63,325 nt of DNA, filler included, from 5 parts of 5 records of this genome joined end to end with filler, not necessarily neighbours in it, one strand, 5' to 3'. Positions 1-12,808 are shown, counted from the first letter of the whole stretch. Notes: generated by a model from the sequence alone, not told the origin. Made by a program: numbers and translations.

Positions 1-5
1 TGTAG

Positions 6-686
6 TCAGGCCTGACCTGCTGCGGCCATAACCCTGACTAGCACCTCTTCTATACTCAACCCCGTCGAATCAATGACTTGCGCATCGTCTGCAGGCTTGA
101 GCGGGGCGGCGGCGCGGTTCATATCCCGCTCATCGCGCACCCGTATCTCCTTTAAAAGGGCGTCAATATTAACATCGACCCCTGCGTCCTTCAACTGGCT
201 GTAGCGTCTTTGCGCACGCTCTTCGGCACTGGCTGTCAGGAAGATCTTCACTGGCGCGTCCGGGAACACCACCGTTCCCATGTCACGACCGTCCGCGACC
301 AGCCCGGGAGGCTTCTGGAAATCACGCTGGCGCTGCAGTAGCGCGTCGCGCACAGGCTGCATGACAGCCACCTTCGAGGCATTGTCGCCACAGGTCTCTG
401 TACGTATATCTGCGGTGACGTCAACACCGGCCATCAGTACCTTTGCCGGCTCACCTGGTGGGGTTGGCTCAAACGCCACATCGAGGCTGGCGGCGACTTT
501 TACCAGAGACGGCTCATCATCCAGGGACACGCCCTGCCGCTCCGCAGCCAATGCCGTGAGGCGATACAGCGCGCCACTGTCCAACAGGTGCCACCCCAAC
601 CGGCGGGCGAGCATCTGGGTAATGGTGCCTTTACCGGAACCGCCAGGGCCGTCCACGGTAATAACCGGTGCCTTGCTTTCAGCCAT
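6..686 (-). CDS. cmk: Cytidylate kinase
   Basis: P-loop [18 protein letters not shown] and [13 protein letters not shown] motifs; lies downstream of aroA. Confidence 0.97.
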   Translation of the reverse strand: MAESKAPVITVDGPGGSGKGTITQMLARRLGWHLLDSGALYRLTALAAERQGVSLDDEPSLVKVAASLDVAFEPTPPGEPAKVLMAGVDVTADIRTETCGDNASKVAVMQPVRDALLQRQRDFQKPPGLVADGRDMGTVVFPDAPVKIFLTASAEERAQRRYSQLKDAGVDVNIDALLKEIRVRDERDMNRAAAPLKPADDAQVIDSTGLSIEEVLVRVMAAAGQA

Positions 687-2914
687 TACTCAGCCCCTTC
701 GGCGGCGATATTGATGCCAGTCTGCTTTGCCAACTCCACAAAGCCCGGGAATGAGGTGGACACGTTGGCGCAATCGGTCACCTCGATATCCCCTTCAGCC
801 CGCAGAGAGGCGACGGAGAACGCCATAGCAATGCGGTGATCCCCATGGCTATTCACGGTTCCAGCGGCCATCGTCTGGCCACCATCAATGACAATACCGT
901 CTGGAGTCACGGTGGTTTCCACTCCAAGCGCGGTCAGGCCGTCTGCCATCACCTGGATGCGATCACTTTCCTTGACGCGAAGCTCTTCGGCGCCGCGCAG
1001 AACCGTTCTGCCCTCAGCGCAGACTGCGGCAATAAACAGCACGGGGAATTCGTCGATTGCCAACGGAACCTGATCCTCAGGGATGTCGATACCCTTGAGT
1101 TCGGCGGAACGAACGCGAAGATCAGCGACCGGCTCCCCGCCAATCACACGCTCTTCGAGGACTTCTATATTAGCCCCCATCATGCGCAGGATGTTGATCA
1201 CGCCGACTCTCGTCGGGTTCATGCCAACGTGGCGGATGGTCAAGTCGGAATCCGGGGCAATACTCGCCGCAACGAGGAAAAACGCTGACGAAGAGATATC
1301 CGCCGGCACGTCTATGGCGGTGGCGGCCAAGCGACCGCCACCGGTCACGCTGGCCGTCGCGGTATCGCGATGCACGTGATAGCCAAAGCCTTCCAACATG
1401 CGCTCAGTATGATCCCGGGTAGGAGCTGGCTCGGTAACGGAGGTTACGCCCTCGGCATAGAGACCGGCGAGTAGCAGGCAGGATTTAACCTGGGCGCTGG
1501 CCACCGGCATTTCATAATGGATACCGGTTAGCGCATGCCCACCCCGGATTTTCAAAGGCGGCCGCCCGCCCTCGGCAGTGTCAATCACCGCACCCATTGC
1601 TCGCAGCGGATCTGCCACACGCCCCATGGGACGCTTGGAGAGGCTTTCGTCGCCGGTGAGCTCGGAGTCAAACGGCTGCGCGGCCAGCAAGCCCGAGAAC
1701 AGCCGCATGGCAGTACCGGAATTGCCCAGGTACAAAGGGCCGCGCGGCGCCTGGAGACCATTGATACCGACGCCGTGAATGCGGACAAACCCCGCGTCCG
1801 GCCCTTCAATGGTCACCCCCATGTCGCGGAACGCCTGCAAGGTTGCCAGGCTGTCCTCGCCTTCAAGGAAGCCTTTCACTTCCGTGATACCGTCGGCAAG
1901 AGCACCCAGCATGATGGATCGGTGGGAAATGGATTTGTCGCCCGGCACGCGTATCTCGCCGGAAATCCGGCCGCCGGGTTGAAGACGGAACGTTACCTGT
2001 TTCTGACTGTTGTTTGTCACGTAAGCCTGTCCTGAAAGCATCTTGGAAAAATGTTCCCGCGCCGCCTTGGCGCGACTGAAAACCCGCAACAGAGTTGCAC
2101 TGTCCTGATCGGCGATGGCGGTACGGAGCTGATCCAGATCGTGGGTAAAATGATCAATGACCCGCAACACCGCATCCCGGTTGGAAAGAAAGATATCGTG
2201 CCACATCACCGGGTCGCTGGCTGCAATTCGGGTGAAGTCCCGGAAACCGCCCGCTGCGTAGCGGAAAATATCCAGATTTTCGTCCTCGCCCGCCAGGGTA
2301 TCCACCAGTGAGAAAGCAATAAGATGAGGAAGATGACTGGTGGCTGCCAGCACCTCGTCGTGATAGGCCACAGACATGGTCAGAACCGTCGCACCACAGC
2401 CTTCCCACAATGCCCTGAGCTTCTCCAGGTCGGGCTGACCAACGTTCTCCGCCGGCGTGAGTATAACCTTGTGATTGGCAAACAACTCAGGGTTGGCCGC
2501 GCGGATGCCGCTTTTTTCAGAACCGGCGATGGGGTGGCCGGGTATCACTTTCGCGGGCAGGTCGCCAAACACCTCTCGCACATCGTTGACGAAACTCGAC
2601 TTGGTGCTGCCGACGTCCGTCAACACGGCGTTTTCGCCAAGATGGGGCCTGATTTCCGCCAGCACTGCCCGCGTTGCCTTAACCGGTACCGCCAGCACCA
2701 CAAGGTCGCTGCCGGCCACAGCCTCAGCAACCGACCCGGCAGCTTCATCAATAACGCCTAATTCCGTGCCAAGCGCCAATTCGTCCGCGCGCTTGTCAGC
2801 GCCCACAACGGTAACCGCGAGGCCATTGTCGCGGATCGCTTTGGCCAGAGAACCACCAATCAGCCCAAGACCAATAACAGCAACACGCTGGAACAGTGGC
2901 TGAATCTCGGACAC
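686..2914 (-). CDS. aroA: Bifunctional prephenate dehydrogenase / EPSP synthase (TyrA-AroA fusion)
   Basis: N-terminal GLGLIGGS Rossmann fold with GHPIAGSE and SHLPH; C-terminal [14 protein letters not shown] and RVKESDR; GTG start at 2914 just after the hisC stop. Confidence 0.95.
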   Translation of the reverse strand: MSEIQPLFQRVAVIGLGLIGGSLAKAIRDNGLAVTVVGADKRADELALGTELGVIDEAAGSVAEAVAGSDLVVLAVPVKATRAVLAEIRPHLGENAVLTDVGSTKSSFVNDVREVFGDLPAKVIPGHPIAGSEKSGIRAANPELFANHKVILTPAENVGQPDLEKLRALWEGCGATVLTMSVAYHDEVLAATSHLPHLIAFSLVDTLAGEDENLDIFRYAAGGFRDFTRIAASDPVMWHDIFLSNRDAVLRVIDHFTHDLDQLRTAIADQDSATLLRVFSRAKAAREHFSKMLSGQAYVTNNSQKQVTFRLQPGGRISGEIRVPGDKSISHRSIMLGALADGITEVKGFLEGEDSLATLQAFRDMGVTIEGPDAGFVRIHGVGINGLQAPRGPLYLGNSGTAMRLFSGLLAAQPFDSELTGDESLSKRPMGRVADPLRAMGAVIDTAEGGRPPLKIRGGHALTGIHYEMPVASAQVKSCLLLAGLYAEGVTSVTEPAPTRDHTERMLEGFGYHVHRDTATASVTGGGRLAATAIDVPADISSSAFFLVAASIAPDSDLTIRHVGMNPTRVGVINILRMMGANIEVLEERVIGGEPVADLRVRSAELKGIDIPEDQVPLAIDEFPVLFIAAVCAEGRTVLRGAEELRVKESDRIQVMADGLTALGVETTVTPDGIVIDGGQTMAAGTVNSHGDHRIAMAFSVASLRAEGDIEVTDCANVSTSFPGFVELAKQTGINIAAEGAE

Positions 2915-2915
2915 G

Positions 2916-4043
2916 TTACTCTCCCCGTCCGCTGGACGTATCCAGTGCACGGGCCAAAGCTTCGATAAACCGTGCATTTTCTTCGGGCAAGCCAATCGAC
3001 ACCCGCAGATGCCTGGGTAGGCCGTAGCCGCCAATCGGCCTGACAATCACACCCTGCTCCAGTAGCGACTGATTGATGTCAGCCGCCTGATCGCCCACAT
3101 CCACAGCAATAAAGTTGCCGGCAGACGGAATGTATTCCAGCCCCATTTCGTTAAAAGCGGACTCGAGCTGTTTCATCCCGGCTGCATTCACTTCACAGGA
3201 GCGCCGCAGATAGTCTTCATCGCTCAACACAGCCGTCGCCGCTACCAGAGCCAGAGAATCTACATTAAAAGGCTGACGTACACGATTGAGAACATTGGCA
3301 ATGTCCGGCGAGCTAACACTGTAGCCAGCTCGCAGCGATGCCAACCCCCAAGCCTTGGAGAATGTCCTGGTAACGATCAGGTTCGGATAGCGCTTGAGCA
3401 ACGACAGGCCATCCACATAGCCCTCACCCTGAAGGTATTCACAGTAGGCTTCATCCAGAACCACCAGAACCCTGGGGGGAATACGGGCCAGAAACGACTC
3501 GATCGCCTCAGCGCCATGAACCGTGCCCGTGGGGTTGTTGGGGTTGGCCACAAACACCAGCGCGGTGCGATCTGTTATCGCCTCCACCATGGCGTCGAGG
3601 TCATGGCCATAGTCCCTGGCGGGCACCGACACACCTTTGGCGCCGATCGCCTGGGTAACAAGCGGGTATACCGCAAAAGCATACTGGGAAAACACGACTT
3701 CCGAAGAGGCATCTGCAAAGCACCGTGTGATCACCTCCAGGACATCGTTGGAACCGTTGCCAAGGGTAATCTGAGCGGGCGCCACGCCGTATCGGGCCGA
3801 CAATGCCTGCTTGAGATCAAACCCATTGCCATCGGGATAGCGACAGAGCTCGTCCAGGGCTCCCTTCACCGCCGCCAGCGCCTTTGGGCTGGGCCCAAGA
3901 GGGTTTTCGTTGCTGGCCAGCTTGATGATGTTGTCGGGCTTCAGGCCCAACTCCCTGGCCAGCTCATCAATGGGCTTGCCCGGCTGGTAGGGGGATAGCG
4001 CCTGCACGCCTTTGACCGCCAGACTTTGGTAATCAATCGACAT
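2916..4043 (-). CDS. hisC: Histidinol-phosphate aminotransferase
   Basis: KLASNENPLG, NPNNPTG, DEAY and RTFSKAWGLASLR motifs. Confidence 0.95.
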   Translation of the reverse strand: MSIDYQSLAVKGVQALSPYQPGKPIDELARELGLKPDNIIKLASNENPLGPSPKALAAVKGALDELCRYPDGNGFDLKQALSARYGVAPAQITLGNGSNDVLEVITRCFADASSEVVFSQYAFAVYPLVTQAIGAKGVSVPARDYGHDLDAMVEAITDRTALVFVANPNNPTGTVHGAEAIESFLARIPPRVLVVLDEAYCEYLQGEGYVDGLSLLKRYPNLIVTRTFSKAWGLASLRAGYSVSSPDIANVLNRVRQPFNVDSLALVAATAVLSDEDYLRRSCEVNAAGMKQLESAFNEMGLEYIPSAGNFIAVDVGDQAADINQSLLEQGVIVRPIGGYGLPRHLRVSIGLPEENARFIEALARALDTSSGRGE

Positions 4044-4073
4044 TTCGACCTTCCTCAGTCATTTGCGTTTCTG

Positions 4074-5171
4074 TCACAGGACCCCAATGGGATAGGACCC
4101 CAGGCGCTTCAGCTCGACCGCCTCTTCATCGATCTCTGACAGCACCTTGCTGACCTGCGCATCTTCCACATGGCCCTCAAAATCGATGTAGAACACGTAG
4201 GCCCAGGTACCGCTGGGCGATGGACGGGTTTCGATACGGGTCAGGCTCAGACCATGTTTGTGGAACGGCTCAAGCAATTGATATAACGCACCAGGCTTGT
4301 TGCGCATGGACACCAGAATGGACGACTTATCGTTACCGCTGGCCGGCACTTCCTCACGACCGATGATCAGGAAACGGGTGGTGTTGTCCGGACGGTCTTC
4401 GATACTGGTCGCCAGCATTTCCAGGCCGTAAAGTTCCGCCGCCATGTCGCCTGCGATCGCGGCCGTGCCCGGCTCTTCCGCTGCCCGCCTCGCGGCTTCG
4501 GCATTACTACTGACCGTGACCCGCTCAATACCGTAACGATGGGTATCCAGCCACTGCCGGCACTGGGCAAACGACTGCTGATGGGAATAAATGCGGACAA
4601 TGTCCTGCCCCTGGTGCTTTGGCGACACCATCAGGTGGTGGTGTATCCGCAACTGCACTTCGCCGCAGATCTTCAGCGGCGAGGACATGAACATATCAAG
4701 GGTATGGTTGATCATGCCTTCCGTGGAATTTTCCACCGGGACCACACCATAGTGGGCCGCGCCGGATTCCACTTCACGGAACACTGCATCGATGGCGGGC
4801 AAAGGCACGCTGACCACGGAGTGCCCAAAATGCTTGAGCGCCGCCGCCTGGGTAAAGGTGCCAATCGGCCCGAGGAAAGCGATGTGCATCGGCTTTTCCA
4901 GTGCCAGGCACGCGGACATGATCTCCCGGAACAGTCGGGCCATCTCCTCGCCGGACAGCGGGCCGGGATTGCTCTCCTTTATACGCCTCAAAACCTGGGC
5001 TTCACGTTCCGGACGGTAGAAGAATACATCCTCACCCGGGTTGGCTTCCATCTTCACGCGAGCCACTTCCTGGGCGCATTCCGCGCGCTTGCTGATCAGG
5101 TCCATGATTTCCTGATCCAGGCGATCAATATCGACCCTCAACTGCCCGAGACGGGCCTGCTCATCACTCAT
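4074..5171 (-). CDS. pheA: Chorismate mutase / prephenate dehydratase
   Basis: N-terminal chorismate mutase domain, PVENSTEG, NTTRF and ACT domain (LTRIETRP). Confidence 0.96.
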   Translation of the reverse strand: MSDEQARLGQLRVDIDRLDQEIMDLISKRAECAQEVARVKMEANPGEDVFFYRPEREAQVLRRIKESNPGPLSGEEMARLFREIMSACLALEKPMHIAFLGPIGTFTQAAALKHFGHSVVSVPLPAIDAVFREVESGAAHYGVVPVENSTEGMINHTLDMFMSSPLKICGEVQLRIHHHLMVSPKHQGQDIVRIYSHQQSFAQCRQWLDTHRYGIERVTVSSNAEAARRAAEEPGTAAIAGDMAAELYGLEMLATSIEDRPDNTTRFLIIGREEVPASGNDKSSILVSMRNKPGALYQLLEPFHKHGLSLTRIETRPSPSGTWAYVFYIDFEGHVEDAQVSKVLSEIDEEAVELKRLGSYPIGVL

Positions 5172-5173
5172 GA

Positions 5174-6256
5174 TCAGCCCCGCTCCTTCGCAAACACGGT
5201 CATGTAATCAATCAACGCATCGACACCGGCTTCTGGCATGGCGTTGTAGACGCTAGCCCGCATGCCACCCACGGAGCGATGGCCCTTGAGGTTCAGCAAC
5301 CCTCTCTCATTCGCACCTTTCAGGAAAGCACTGTTGAGCGCGTCATCTGCAAGGGTGAACGGTATATTCATCCAGGATCGGAAGCGCGGGGATATCGGGT
5401 TGGCGTAGAAGTCGTTCTCATCAATAAAACCATACAGTTTGCTGGCTTTACGACGATTGACCTCACCCATAGCCGTAACACCGCCCTGCTCTTTCAGCCA
5501 TTTGAATACCAGGCCTGCGAGGTACCAGGAGTATGTCGCCGGCGTGTTGTACATGGAGTCATTATCCGCAATGACCTGATAGTTCATCATCGTCGGCGTG
5601 ATCTTGAGCGCCTTGCCCAACAGATCCTTGCGAATGATCACGACCACCAGGCCGGATGGACCGATGTTCTTCTGGGCCCCGGCGTAGATCAGGCCAAATT
5701 TCGAGATGTCCAGCGGGCGTGACAACATGGTGGACGACATATCCGCCACCAACGGCACGGAACCGCTCTCCGGCACGAAGTCGAACTCCAATCCGCCGAT
5801 GGTTTCATTGGGCGTGTAATGCAGGTAAGCCGCATCGGCGCTCGTCGCCCAGCTATCCTGATCGGGAATGCTGGCAAAGCCACTCGATTCGCTGCTTGCC
5901 ACGACATTAACCTGACCATAACGGCTGGCCTCGGCGATGGCTTTCTTCGACCAGATACCCGTGTTCACGTAGTCCGCAGACGTCTTGTCGCCCAACAGGT
6001 TCAGTGGAATGGTCGAGAACTGGCTGGACGCACCACCCTGCATGAAGAGTACGGCGTAATCATCTGAAACGCCGGCCAATTCCCGAAGGTCTTTCTCGGC
6101 AGTTTCGGCGATTTCCACGAACTCGTCACTGCGATGGCTCATCTCCATCACGGACATGCCGGTGCCGCGCCAATCCAGCATCTCTTCCCGTGCCTGTCGC
6201 AAAACAGGCTCCGGCAAGGTTGCCGGGCCTGCACAAAAATTATACGCCCTGCTCAT
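5174..6256 (-). CDS. serC: Phosphoserine aminotransferase
   Basis: [23 protein letters not shown] and [14 protein letters not shown] at 6256 overlaps the gyrA 3' end. Confidence 0.97.
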   Translation of the reverse strand: MSRAYNFCAGPATLPEPVLRQAREEMLDWRGTGMSVMEMSHRSDEFVEIAETAEKDLRELAGVSDDYAVLFMQGGASSQFSTIPLNLLGDKTSADYVNTGIWSKKAIAEASRYGQVNVVASSESSGFASIPDQDSWATSADAAYLHYTPNETIGGLEFDFVPESGSVPLVADMSSTMLSRPLDISKFGLIYAGAQKNIGPSGLVVVIIRKDLLGKALKITPTMMNYQVIADNDSMYNTPATYSWYLAGLVFKWLKEQGGVTAMGEVNRRKASKLYGFIDENDFYANPISPRFRSWMNIPFTLADDALNSAFLKGANERGLLNLKGHRSVGGMRASVYNAMPEAGVDALIDYMTVFAKERG

Positions 6257-8762
6257 CACTTCCTTCCTCACCGTCGACCTCTTCGGCATCGGTTTCGGCA
6301 ATACGCTCAACACCCACGAGGCGTTCGTCTTCCTGGCTCAGTTTGATCAGGCGAACACCCTGGGTGTTCCGGCTCAGAACCGATACTTCGTCGGTACGGG
6401 TACGCACAAGTGTGCCTTTGTCCGAGATCAGCATCATTTCGTCGCCTTCAAACAGCTGCAACGCCGTGACCAGGTTGCCGTTACGCTCGGAACACTGCAT
6501 GGCGATAACGCCCTGGCTGCCCCGGCTGTAGGTCGGGAACTCGTCGAAGGTGGTGCGCTTACCGTAGCCGTTCTCACTCGCCGTCAGCAGAACCGCGTTT
6601 TCCTGCGGAATGATCAGCGACACAACATGATGTCCTTCCGGCATTCTAATGCCACGCACACCACGAGCCGTACGGCTCATCGGACGTACCGCTTCCTCGT
6701 TGAAGCGAACGGCCTTGCCCGCCGAGGAGAACAGCATGACTTCCGCATCACCCTTGGTGATGGCCGTACCAATCAGGGTGTCACCCTCGTCAAGCGACAG
6801 AGCAATCAGACCATTGCTGCGCGGACGGGAGAAATTCGGCAACGGCGTTTTCTTGACCACACCCGCCGAGGTGGCCATCAGCACGTACTGGTCTTCCGGA
6901 TAGTCACGAACCGGCAGGAAGGTGGTAATACGCTCCCCTTCTTCCAACGGCAGGATGTTGACCATCGGACGGCCGCGGGACGCGCGGCTGGCCCGGGGAA
7001 TCTCGAACACCCGCAACCAGTACACCTTGCCCCGGTTGGAGAAGCACAGAATGGTGTCGTGGGAGTTCGCTACCAGCAGTTTCTCGACGAAATCTTCGTC
7101 TTTCATGGACGTAGCGGCCTTGCCGCGACCACCACGGCGCTGGGCCTGATAATCTTCGACGGCCTGAGTCTTGGCATAACCACCGTGGGAGATGGTGACC
7201 ACCAGATCTTCCTCGTCGATCAGATCGGCGATGGTCAGGTCACGCTTGGAGCTGGTGATTTCGGTCAGACGGGTATCGCCGAACTCGGTCACCACCGCTT
7301 CCAGTTCTTCACGGATAACCTGCATCAGACGGTCCGGATCACCCAGAATTTCCAGCAGGTCGGCAATCTTCTCGAGAATGTCCTTGTACTCATTCTGGAG
7401 CTTTTCGGTCTCAAGACCGGTCAGGCGATGCAGGCGCAGGTCCAGGATCGCCTGAGCCTGTTCTGGCGACAGGTGATAAAGACCATTACGCAGGCCAAAG
7501 ATCTCCGGCAGATCATCGGGGCGGCATGCGTCTTCGCCTGCCCGCTCAAGCATCGCCAGAACGTCACCCGGTGCCCAGCCCTGAGCCATCAGCTTCTCTT
7601 TCGCCTCGGCCGCAGCCGGAGACGCCTTGATCAGCGCGATGATTTCATCGATGTTCGCCAGAGCAACCGTGAGGCCTTCCAGGATATGGCCACGTTCGCG
7701 GGCTTTACGCAGTTCGTAAATGGTACGGCGGGTAACCACTTCGCGGCGATGCCGGACAAATGCGTCCAGCATTTCCTTGAGGTTGAGGATTTTCGGCTCG
7801 CCGTTGATCAGGGCGACCATGTTGATGCCGAAAACCGTCTGCAACTGAGTGTGGGCAAAGAGGTTATTAATGACCACGTCCGGGTTTTCACCGCGACGCA
7901 GCTCAATCACTACCCGGATACCTTCCTTGTTGGACTCATCCCGCAGCTCGGAGATGCCTTCCAGTCGCTTCTCTTTTACCAGCTCCGCAATTTTCTCGAT
8001 CAGCCGCGCTTTGTTCAGCTGGTACGGCAGCTCGGTAATAATGATGGCGTCGCGGTTGGTTTTCTTGTCGTGCTCGATTTCATGGCGGGCACGGATGTAG
8101 ATGCGCCCACGGCCGGTGCGGTAGGCCTCAACAATGCCGGCGCGACCATTAATGATGCCCTGGGTGGGGAAGTCCGGCCCCGGAATATGCTCCATCAGGT
8201 CGTCGATGGTCATATCCGGATTATCAATCAATGCCAGGCAGCCGTTCACAATTTCCGTCAGGTTATGGGGCGGAATATTGGTGGCCATACCCACGGCAAT
8301 GCCTGAGGAACCGTTTACCAGCAGGTTGGGAATCCGAGTGGGCAGTACGTCCGGAATCTGTTCGGTGCCATCATAGTTGGCCACGAAATCCACAGTTTCC
8401 TTGTCCAGATCCGCCAGCAGGGAGTGGGCAATCTTCTCCATGCGGATCTCGGTGTAACGCATGGCAGCCGCATTGTCGCCGTCGATGGAACCAAAGTTAC
8501 CCTGACCATCCACCAGCGGGTAGCGCAGGGAAAACGGCTGGGCCATACGAACAATGGTGTCGTAAACGGCCGAGTCACCATGGGGGTGATACTTACCGAT
8601 GACGTCACCCACCACACGGGCGGATTTCTTGTAGGCCTTGTTCCAGTCGTTGTTGAGTTCGGACATGGCAAACAGTACGCGGCGATGCACCGGCTTGAGG
8701 CCGTCGCGCACGTCTGGAAGTGCCCGCCCCACGATGACGCTCATGGCGTAATCGAGATAGGA
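6240..8762 (-). CDS. gyrA: DNA gyrase subunit A (5' end cut off at contig end)
   Basis: [28 protein letters not shown] and GyrA box QRRGGRG. Confidence 0.98.
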   Translation of the reverse strand, partial: SYLDYAMSVIVGRALPDVRDGLKPVHRRVLFAMSELNNDWNKAYKKSARVVGDVIGKYHPHGDSAVYDTIVRMAQPFSLRYPLVDGQGNFGSIDGDNAAAMRYTEIRMEKIAHSLLADLDKETVDFVANYDGTEQIPDVLPTRIPNLLVNGSSGIAVGMATNIPPHNLTEIVNGCLALIDNPDMTIDDLMEHIPGPDFPTQGIINGRAGIVEAYRTGRGRIYIRARHEIEHDKKTNRDAIIITELPYQLNKARLIEKIAELVKEKRLEGISELRDESNKEGIRVVIELRRGENPDVVINNLFAHTQLQTVFGINMVALINGEPKILNLKEMLDAFVRHRREVVTRRTIYELRKARERGHILEGLTVALANIDEIIALIKASPAAAEAKEKLMAQGWAPGDVLAMLERAGEDACRPDDLPEIFGLRNGLYHLSPEQAQAILDLRLHRLTGLETEKLQNEYKDILEKIADLLEILGDPDRLMQVIREELEAVVTEFGDTRLTEITSSKRDLTIADLIDEEDLVVTISHGGYAKTQAVEDYQAQRRGGRGKAATSMKDEDFVEKLLVANSHDTILCFSNRGKVYWLRVFEIPRASRASRGRPMVNILPLEEGERITTFLPVRDYPEDQYVLMATSAGVVKKTPLPNFSRPRSNGLIALSLDEGDTLIGTAITKGDAEVMLFSSAGKAVRFNEEAVRPMSRTARGVRGIRMPEGHHVVSLIIPQENAVLLTASENGYGKRTTFDEFPTYSRGSQGVIAMQCSERNGNLVTALQLFEGDEMMLISDKGTLVRTRTDEVSVLSRNTQGVRLIKLSQEDERLVGVERIAETDAEEVDGEEGSDEQGV

Positions 8763-8862
8763 NNNNNNNNNNNNNNNNNNNNNNNNNNNNNNNNNNNNNN
8801 NNNNNNTTAATTAATTAANNNNNNNNNNNNNNNNNNNNNNNNNNNNNNNNNNNNNNNNNNNN
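8763..8862. other. Artificial contig spacer
   Basis: N44-TTAATTAATTAA-N44, which places stops in all six frames. Confidence 0.99.
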
Positions 8863-8888
8863 AGTTCAGACGTGTGCTCTTCCGATCT
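8863..8888 (+). other. Illumina TruSeq adapter contamination
   Basis: AGTTCAGACGTGTGCTCTTCCGATCT; translates as the spurious DRKSTRLN tail on the minus strand. Confidence 0.97.
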
Positions 8889-9679
8889 TCCGACAGCCGC
8901 GTCATCAGTTCGTCCTGCAGCACCAGGGCGTGCTCGCGTGCTTCCTCGAGCTCTTCGACATAGCGGATCATGCGGTCGCCGACTTCGTGCAGCATCATCT
9001 TGTCGGCACCAGACAGCATCGGTGTATCGTCCATGAACAGCCGGATCAGCGCGTCGCGTTGCGGCGACAGGTAACGCCTCAGCGCGATGGCGCGGTGACG
9101 CAGGGTGCGCAACCGGTGACGTGGCGCTTCGTCGGTCGATGAATCGACGGCGAGGTCGAGCGCGTCAAGATCCTCGGCGAGGCCCGAGATCACCGGCTCC
9201 ATGCGGTCGGCGAGACGTTCGGCAATGTTGGCGAGGAACATGCCCGGCGTCTCGGGTCCTTGCCCGCGGGCCAGCTCGTCGCGGATATCCTGGACCGCTT
9301 GCAGGCGGCGGTAGCGGACCGAGACGATGCGGTTGCGTTCGATCCAGATGCGCAGCCCAACCATGTCCTCGGGTTCGGCGCCCGGGTTGAGGTTGACGCC
9401 ACGCAGGATGATCAGCGCGCCGTCACCCCGGGCGACCGCGCGCGGCCTTGTTTCCGCCGCGATGAGTGCCTCGGCGATGATCGGGTTGATGCCGCTTTCG
9501 TCGCGGATCCAGTTCACCGACTCTGCATAGCTGCGGTCGAGGTGTACCCACAGCGCCGGGCTGTCCGCGGTCGTCTGCCAGCGGCGGACGTCGTCCCAGC
9601 CGATTTCCCGGGACCCGCCTTTGCCGTCGAGGGCATGGGCCGTGATCAGCCCTGCTTCGCCGTCAGTCGCATCGCTCAA
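8889..9679 (-). CDS. zntB: ZntB/CorA-family divalent cation transporter (3' end cut off)
   Basis: LWVHLD, ETRPR, LRGVNLNPGAEPEDMV and LRRYLSPQRDAL; TM region missing because the adapter truncates the gene. Confidence 0.85.
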
Positions 9680-9683
9680 ACCA

Positions 9684-10418
9684 TCATTCCTGCGCCAGCG
9701 CGCGGAGCCGCCGGCGGCGGCGCATCCGCGCCAGATTCAAGGCCTCGACCGTGATCGAGAATCCGATGGCGAAGTATATGTAGTTTCTCGGGATGTGGAA
9801 ATGCAGGCCGTCGGCGACGAGCGCCGCACCGATCAGGATCAGGAAGCTGAGTGCGAGCATCTTGGTCGTCGGATGCTCCTGGATGAAGTCGCCGACCGGC
9901 CTTGCCGCGACGATCATGACGATCATGGCGATGACCACGGCGGCGACCATGATCGGCAACTGGTCGGTCAGCCCGACGGCGGTGATCACGGTATCGAGCG
10001 AGAAGATCAGGTCGAGCACCATGATCTGGGCGATGACCCCGGCGAACGACGCGTAGGCCGACTTTTCGCCGTTCTCTTCGTCGCCTTCGACCTCGTGGTG
10101 GATTTCCAAGGTGCCCTTGGCGAGCAGGAACAGGCCGCCGCCCAAGAGGATAACGTCACGCCACGACACGTCGAAGTCGGCAATCGTGAATACCGGGGCC
10201 GTCAAACCGGCAATCCAGACGATCGACGCGAGCAGGCCGATGCGCATGATCAGCGCGCCCGCCAGGCCGATTTTGCGTGCCGTGTCTCGGCGTTCCTCCG
10301 GCAGCTTGCCGGTCGCGATCGATAGGAAGATGAGATTGTCGATGCCGAGCACGATCTCGAGGATCGTCAGGGTCAGCAGACTGAGCCAAAGGTTGGGATC
10401 GGCGAACGAGAGTTCCAT
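9684..10418 (-). CDS. TerC-family membrane protein
   Basis: LEIVLGIDNLIF, DLIFSLDTVITAVG and HPTTKMLALSFLILIG. Confidence 0.92.
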   Translation of the reverse strand: MELSFADPNLWLSLLTLTILEIVLGIDNLIFLSIATGKLPEERRDTARKIGLAGALIMRIGLLASIVWIAGLTAPVFTIADFDVSWRDVILLGGGLFLLAKGTLEIHHEVEGDEENGEKSAYASFAGVIAQIMVLDLIFSLDTVITAVGLTDQLPIMVAAVVIAMIVMIVAARPVGDFIQEHPTTKMLALSFLILIGAALVADGLHFHIPRNYIYFAIGFSITVEALNLARMRRRRRLRALAQE

Positions 10419-10421
10419 GGG

Positions 10422-11780
10422 TCAGTCCTCCGTCAGTTCACCCCACAGGTCGTATTCGTCGGCGTCGGTGATCCTGGCGCGTACCATGTCACCGGGTTCG
10501 AGATGCATCGCACCGTCGAGGAACACGCAACCGTCGATGTCCGGTGCGTCGGCGTAGCTCCGCCCGATGGCGCCCTCGTCGTCGATCTCGTCGATCAGGA
10601 CGTCGAGCTCGCGCCCGACCCGCATGGCGGTGCGCCGCGCGCTGATCAGGCGCTGGGTTTCCATCAGGCGCTCCCAGCGGTTCTGTTTCTCGTCCTCGTC
10701 GACATGGCCGCCAAGTTCATTGGCCTCCGCGCCCTCGACGGCCTCGTACTTGAAGCACCCGGCGCGGTCTAGGTCGGCCTCGTCGAGCCAGTCGAGCAGT
10801 TCCTCGAACTGCGCCTCGGTTTCGCCCGGGAAGCCGACGATGAAGGTCGAGCGGATCGCGAGGTCGGGGCAGATGCCGCGCCACGCCTTGATACGCTCCA
10901 GCGTGTTCTCGGCGCGCGCCGGGCGGCGCATCGCCTTCAAGACCGGCTCGCTGGCGTGCTGAAACGGGATGTCGAGGTAAGGCAGAATCTTGCCCTCGGC
11001 CATCAGCGGGATGACCTTGTCGACGTGCGGGTAGGGATAGACGTAGTGCAGCCTGACCCAGATGCCGAGTTCGCCCAGTGCCTCGCAGAGGTCGAGCATG
11101 CGGGCAGGAATCATCCGGCCCTGCCATTCGCTCTCCGCGTACTTGATGTCCTGACCGTAGGCGCTGGTGTCCTGGCTGATGACCAGCAGTTCCCGGACGC
11201 TGGCGGCGGCGAGGCGCTCGGCCTCGTGCATGACGTGCTTCACCGGGCGACTGACCAGGTCGCCCCTGATCGCCGGAATGATGCAGAACGTGCAGCGGTT
11301 GTTGCAGCCTTCTGAAATCTTGAGATACGCGTAATGACGCGGGGTCAGGCGCAGGCCTTCTTCGGGCACCAGGTCGAGGAACGGGTCGTGGACCGGCGGC
11401 TCGGCGTCGTGCACGGCCTCGACCACGGCTTCGTACTGTTGCGGGCCGGTAACCGCGAGGACGCGCGGGTGCGCCGCGCGGATCGCGTCCGCGTCATTGC
11501 CCATGCAGCCGGTGACGATGACCCGGCCGTTGGCGCCGATCGCCTCGCCGATGGCGTCCAGGCTCTCGGCCTTCGCCGAATCGAGGAAGCCGCAGGTGTT
11601 GACGATGACCACACCGGCGTCGTCGTAGCTGCCGGATATCTCGTAACCCTCCGAGCGCAGCCTTGTCAGGATGCGTTCGGAGTCGACCAGTGCCTTGGGG
11701 CAGCCGAGGCTGACGATGCCGACTTTCGGCGGCGCCTTGGGCGCGCGTGGCGCCGAGCGGGGGGAGGGTGTGTCCGTCAT
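10422..11780 (-). CDS. rimO: Ribosomal protein S12 methylthiotransferase
   Basis: [12 protein letters not shown], radical SAM motif CNNRCTFC and C-terminal TRAM domain. Confidence 0.96.
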   Translation of the reverse strand: MTDTPSPRSAPRAPKAPPKVGIVSLGCPKALVDSERILTRLRSEGYEISGSYDDAGVVIVNTCGFLDSAKAESLDAIGEAIGANGRVIVTGCMGNDADAIRAAHPRVLAVTGPQQYEAVVEAVHDAEPPVHDPFLDLVPEEGLRLTPRHYAYLKISEGCNNRCTFCIIPAIRGDLVSRPVKHVMHEAERLAAASVRELLVISQDTSAYGQDIKYAESEWQGRMIPARMLDLCEALGELGIWVRLHYVYPYPHVDKVIPLMAEGKILPYLDIPFQHASEPVLKAMRRPARAENTLERIKAWRGICPDLAIRSTFIVGFPGETEAQFEELLDWLDEADLDRAGCFKYEAVEGAEANELGGHVDEDEKQNRWERLMETQRLISARRTAMRVGRELDVLIDEIDDEGAIGRSYADAPDIDGCVFLDGAMHLEPGDMVRARITDADEYDLWGELTED

Positions 11781-11890
11781 GGCGCTGATATAGTGGAGTG
11801 CTTGCGACTTGGAAAGCCTCGCCACGTCCGGGTGGCGTCTCGTCGTGGAAACTGCCAAAGTTCATCAGCGCGAAGATGGGAAGCAGAACG

Positions 11891-12808
11891 ATGAGAAATG
11901 CGGTCACGCTGCTCGACGGCAGTATGGGCCAGGAACTCTATCGGCGGAGCGGCCAGCCCGCGTCGCCGCTGTGGTCTGCGCAGATCATGCGTGACAGTCC
12001 GGAACTCGTCGTCCAACTGCACCGCGAGTACATCGCCGCCGGCGCCGAGGTGATCGGCGTCAATGCCTACACGGCGACGCCCCAGCGTCTCGCCCGCGAC
12101 GCCGACGCGTCGCTGTTCGAACCGTTGCAGGAGGCCGCGCTTGCCGCCGCCCACGAGGCCCGTGACGCGATGGCGCAGAACGGCACTGGCCGCACGGTCA
12201 GGATATCAGGCTGCCTACCGCCGCTGATCGCGAGCTACCGGGCCGACGTGGTGCCCGGTGCCGAGGAGTGCCTGACGAGCTATCGCCGAATCGTCGACGT
12301 CCAGGCCGAAGGCGTTGATCTGTTCCTGTGCGAAACCCTGTCAACGACGACCGAAATCTCGGCGGCCACGACGGCGGCGCGCGAGACCGGTAAACCCGTG
12401 TGGACGTCGATGACCGTCGATGACGCCGACGGCACCCGGATGCGGTCCGGCGAGTCGCTCGGCAGCGGTATTGCCTCGGCCCGCGAGGCCGGCGCCGATG
12501 CCGTTCTGGTCAACTGTTCGATTCCTGAAGCCGTCTGTCAGGCGATGCCCCTGCTCGCCGCCAGCGGGCTGCCCTGCGGCGGTTACGCCAACGGCTTCAC
12601 CTCAATCGCAACGCTTGAACCGGGCGGTACCGTCGACGGTCTTCAGGCGCGCACGGATCTTGGGCCAGGCGCCTACGCCGATTTCGCCATGGGCTGGGTC
12701 ACGGACGGTGCCATCATCGTCGGCGGCTGTTGCGAAGTCGGCCCGGGGCATATCGCGGCGCTCGCCGCGCGCCTCGGGAAGGCAACGCAAACAGGGGTGC
12801 GGGATTGA
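11891..12808 (+). CDS. Homocysteine S-methyltransferase family protein
   Basis: LLDGSMGQEL, PLWSA, VNCS and GGCCEVGP zinc-ligand motifs. Confidence 0.92.
   Translation: MRNAVTLLDGSMGQELYRRSGQPASPLWSAQIMRDSPELVVQLHREYIAAGAEVIGVNAYTATPQRLARDADASLFEPLQEAALAAAHEARDAMAQNGTGRTVRISGCLPPLIASYRADVVPGAEECLTSYRRIVDVQAEGVDLFLCETLSTTTEISAATTAARETGKPVWTSMTVDDADGTRMRSGESLGSGIASAREAGADAVLVNCSIPEAVCQAMPLLAASGLPCGGYANGFTSIATLEPGGTVDGLQARTDLGPGAYADFAMGWVTDGAIIVGGCCEVGPGHIAALAARLGKATQTGVRD

Noticed and set aside
686-2914. TyrA-AroA fusion as a novelty
   Set aside because: Known arrangement in Pseudomonas-related gammaproteobacteria within the conserved gyrA-serC-pheA-hisC-cmk operon.
6156-8306. 716-aa plus-strand ORF
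   Set aside because: Antisense shadow of gyrA caused by codon bias; no recognisable motifs.
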